From positions 1 to 64,000 of the forward strand of contig JBBRLJ010000004.1 of the NCBI GenBank assembly GCA_038231435.1: a DNA stretch of 64,000 bases, given 5' to 3'. Position 1 is the stretch's first letter. Each line of letters opens with the position of its first letter. This stretch comes from Planctomycetota bacterium. GTDB lineage: Bacteria; Planctomycetota; UBA11346. Of the stretch, positions 58,605-64,000 are shown piece after piece. The translations under genes were made by a program, and so were the position numbers. The notes below the pieces were generated by a model. The model was not told where the DNA came from. It ran no database searches and saw only the letters and a list, made by a program, of their open reading frames with translations.

Positions 58605-58666
58605 GATGCTCCGGAGAATACGGGAACCGCCGGTCGGCGTTGCCTAAGACCCTATGCGGGCAGGCT

Positions 58667-59179
58667 CTACGGGAGCATCCTGGTCACCGTCGGGTCCTGC
58701 AACCGTTTACCCTCGGGAACCTCCAGGCGCGCGTGGCGCGCGTGCCCGGGTCCGGGGTCGTCGGCGCTGGGGGCCGAGGCGCCCACGTGCGCGAGGCGCA
58801 GCCTCCAGCACGAGCGTCCAGGAGCCGAGAAAGCTCCCGCCACGCGCTCGGCCCATTCGATCACCCCGATCCCCCCCTCCATCTGCTCCTCGAAGCCGAG
58901 GCCATGGATCTCGCCCGCCGAACCCAGGCGGTAGGCGTCGACGTGAACCACGGGCATGCGCGCATCGTAGCGGTGCAGCAGCGTGTAGGTGGGGCTGGAG
59001 ACCTGCGCCGGATCCCCTCCGAGCGCTTCGACCAGCAGCCGCACCACGGTGGTCTTTCCCGCTCCCAGCGGTCCGTCCATGAGCAGCACGTCGTCGACCT
59101 CCAAGGAGGCGGCCAAGGCACGGGCGAAACGCGCGGTGGCTGCCAGGTCCTCCAGCGCGAACTCGACGATCTGGCCCAT
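58667..59179 (-). CDS. tsaE: tRNA threonylcarbamoyladenosine biosynthesis ATPase TsaE
   Basis: GPLGAGKTT, VSSPTYTL, HVDAYRL, IEWAE. Confidence 0.95.
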   Translation of the reverse strand: MGQIVEFALEDLAATARFARALAASLEVDDVLLMDGPLGAGKTTVVRLLVEALGGDPAQVSSPTYTLLHRYDARMPVVHVDAYRLGSAGEIHGLGFEEQMEGGIGVIEWAERVAGAFSAPGRSCWRLRLAHVGASAPSADDPGPGHARHARLEVPEGKRLQDPTVTRMLP

Positions 59180-59361
59180 GTCCGGGATGATCGCCTCCGT
59201 CCTCGGGCTTCAATCCACATCGCACCTCATCGGACCTCATCGCGAGATGCCTGCCCGCATCGGGCCCGATCGGACCCGTCGCAGACGCCAGCGTGGTGAT
59301 CGGAAACGGTGTCGCGCTCATGCATTGACCTGGGACCGGGAGCGGTTGAACTGAGCCCAGC

Positions 59362-59545
59362 CGGATGACGGCGCGGGGAGAAGTCCCATCCACGGCAGCC
59401 ACGGGGCGGCCGTGGGACCGGGATGCCGAAGGAGTAACGCTCTCAGGCCGAAGGACCCGCGCCCGACGGCGCCCTGGAAAGAGGCGCGAGGCACGAGCCG
59501 AGCGCACGCCGACGGAGTCACGCTCTCAGGCCAAGCCACAGGGAC
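59362..59545 (+). ncRNA. Tandem glycine riboswitch (two aptamers)
   Basis: Aptamer 1: GGAGA...CCGAAGGAGTAACGCTCTCAGG. Aptamer 2: CTGGAAAG...CGCCGACGGAGTCACGCTCTCAGG...ACAGGG. Upstream of gcvP. Confidence 0.92.
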
Positions 59546-59642
59546 ATCGCCCGCCACCACTCCCCCGGTGGCGTCGCGTTGTTCCCGTCGGGGGCGGTCC
59601 GTCCGTGGACGACACGGACGTCAGTGACGAAGGCGGCTTCCG

Positions 59643-62582
<2,940 letters not shown>

Positions 62583-62611
62583 GCAGGGGGAGACAGCGAG
62601 ATGGAATGAGG

Positions 62612-62720
62612 GAAGACTGAAGACTGAAGACTGAAGACTGAAGACTGAAGACTGAAGATCCCGGATCGGCTTGCCCGGTCTTCTATCTTCTATCTTCTAT
62701 CTTCTATCTTCCGTCTTTCC
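62612..62720. repeat. Inverted pair of heptamer microsatellites: (GAAGACT)6 ... (TCTTCTA)4
   Basis: 62612-62660: six GAAGACT plus GAAGATC. 62679-62720: four TCTTCTA plus TCTTCCG and TCTTTCC. Confidence 0.9.
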
Positions 62721-63544
62721 TCTTCCCCCTCTCCCTCCTCTGCCGGCTCGACCGAAGCGGCGATCATGGTCCGCGTCCATTCGCGCACAACGCCGCCAGC
62801 GCCGGCGAGGAAGACGCCGGCGCCGCAGAGATAAATGCCGACGGTGAGGGTGAGCGCCAGGCGCCGCGCCGCGCGCGTCGTTGCAGCCTGGTGATGTTCC
62901 GCCAGGCTGCGGCAGTGGCGTTCGGCATCGGCGGTTCCGAGCAGCGGCGCGACACGCGCCAGATCGCGACCCAAGAGCGGCAGGGCATCGGCCTCGGTCA
63001 ACCGCCAGCGCGCGGCGAGCGCGGCCCGCCGGTACATGCCGGCAAGCGCGATGTGCGATGCCCACGCTCCCAACCAGCCGATGCGCTCGGCGAATTCCGG
63101 CGAGCGCAGCGCGAGCATCGGCAGCAGGGCCAGCGCCAGGCCCGGAGGCAGCGCCCAGAGCCAGGCCCAGGCGAGCGGTTGGTGCAGGCAGGTCGCGACC
63201 ACCACCACCGCGCCGATCATCGCCGCCAAGCTCAGCAGCGGATACGCGAGCACGTCGATCAGCAGCGCCCGGCGCTCGCGACGCGCACGCGTCAGCTCGA
63301 CGACCAGCAGAGCCGCCTGTTCGAGCGGCGGCTCGGCGCCCGAGATCAGGTCGAGGTGATCCGGCGGCAGCAGGCCGGCGAACGCCGCCCGCAGCCCGTC
63401 ACCGCGATCGAGCGCCGCGGCGATCGCCTCGGCGCCCGCCAGGCCGCTCGCGCGCAGGCCGGCCGGCAGCGGCTCGCGACGGCGTGCCAGCGTGGCGACC
63501 TCGGCCAACAGGGCTTCGACGTCAGTTGTCAAGGGAATCGCCAT
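62690..63544 (-). CDS. Divergent type II secretion / type IV pilus platform protein (GspF/PilC-like)
   Basis: LA...PL..GL, LDRG.GL..AF, LAYP followed by TM helices in a two-repeat layout. Downstream of a pilin-like gene. Start uncertain. Confidence 0.55.
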   Translation of the reverse strand: MAIPLTTDVEALLAEVATLARRREPLPAGLRASGLAGAEAIAAALDRGDGLRAAFAGLLPPDHLDLISGAEPPLEQAALLVVELTRARRERRALLIDVLAYPLLSLAAMIGAVVVVATCLHQPLAWAWLWALPPGLALALLPMLALRSPEFAERIGWLGAWASHIALAGMYRRAALAARWRLTEADALPLLGRDLARVAPLLGTADAERHCRSLAEHHQAATTRAARRLALTLTVGIYLCGAGVFLAGAGGVVREWTRTMIAASVEPAEEGEGEEERRKIEDRR

Positions 63545-63911
63545 GGGAACCGCCATGAGAAGCGCCAAAGACTCGGACGGCGGCTGGCGCACCGGAACGC
63601 GATCCGCCCTCTGCGGGCGACCAGCGATCGCGGCCGTGGTCGATGACATACACGCCGGTCGGACCCTCCGCCGCCAACCGCTGCGCATCGTCGCCGCTAC
63701 CCCGAGACACCGTCCAGGTGCCCACGCGCACGGACGCTCCGGGCTGCAATGCCGCCGCGCCCATCGCGAGCTCGCGCGCCGCCAGACGCCGCGCCCTGGC
63801 GCCGCTATCGGCGAGCCGACGCGCGTGCCCCGCGATGTCGCCCATCAGCAGCATCAGTGAGATGCCGAGGACGATGATGACCACCAGCAGGCTCGAGCCG
63901 CGGCGGGTCAT
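63522..63911 (-). CDS. Pseudopilin/prepilin-like protein (GspK/PilX-type leader)
   Basis: MTRRG|SSLLVVIIVLGI class III signal-like leader without Glu5. Confidence 0.6.
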   Translation of the reverse strand: MTRRGSSLLVVIIVLGISLMLLMGDIAGHARRLADSGARARRLAARELAMGAAALQPGASVRVGTWTVSRGSGDDAQRLAAEGPTGVYVIDHGRDRWSPAEGGSRSGAPAAVRVFGASHGGSHGDSLDN

Positions 63912-64000
63912 GGAGCGGCTCCGGGATGGACCTGGATGATCCGCGGCGGAGTCGCGCGCGTGCCGGCGCTTGCACTTGCGCGTGCGCGCGAGGCGATCTC
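63908..64000 (-). CDS. 3' end of upstream gene (partial), probably part of the same pilus/T2SS operon
   Basis: Open frame EIASRARASASAGTRATPPRIIQVHPGAAP* whose stop overlaps the next ATG (ATGA). Confidence 0.4.
   Translation of the reverse strand, partial: EIASRARASASAGTRATPPRIIQVHPGAAP

Noticed and set aside
62612..62720. Possible CRISPR array
   Set aside because: 7-bp tandem units with no unique spacers, and no cas genes in the window.

Overview
High-GC bacterial chromosome window. A Planctomycetota-like origin is inferred from the insert-bearing SecA, the FHA-Ser/Thr kinase, the sulfatase and the glycoside hydrolases; it is not proven. The window starts inside an IS3-family element whose left end interrupts a CarF/TMEM189-type desaturase gene. 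Housekeeping and metabolic genes include an RND pump, sulfatase, HAD phosphatase, GH36-like and GH38 hydrolases, aconitase, fumC, secA, rmuC, cobA-hemD, pgeF, tsaE, and gcvP behind a tandem glycine riboswitch. Two accessory modules stand out. (1) At 13.1-18.0 kb, a function-unknown envelope operon: a split DUF4331 pair, an exported TPR protein, a HupE/UreJ-like membrane protein and a beta-barrel-like protein, behind a candidate ECF-sigma promoter. (2) At 42.5-49.9 kb, an orphan, rearranged T6SS spike/effector cassette: vgrG, DUF2169, AHH nuclease, Imm11, thiolase-like, DUF4150/PIPY, DUF6484, TIGR02270. Also noted are a probable catalytically dead GIY-YIG/CCCH zinc-finger protein, an FHA-pseudokinase receptor, a glycine-zipper/ferritin-like fusion, and families of intergenic 7-mer and 10-mer tandem repeats. 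Family calls come from motifs recognised by eye; no database searches were run, and several start codons are approximate.
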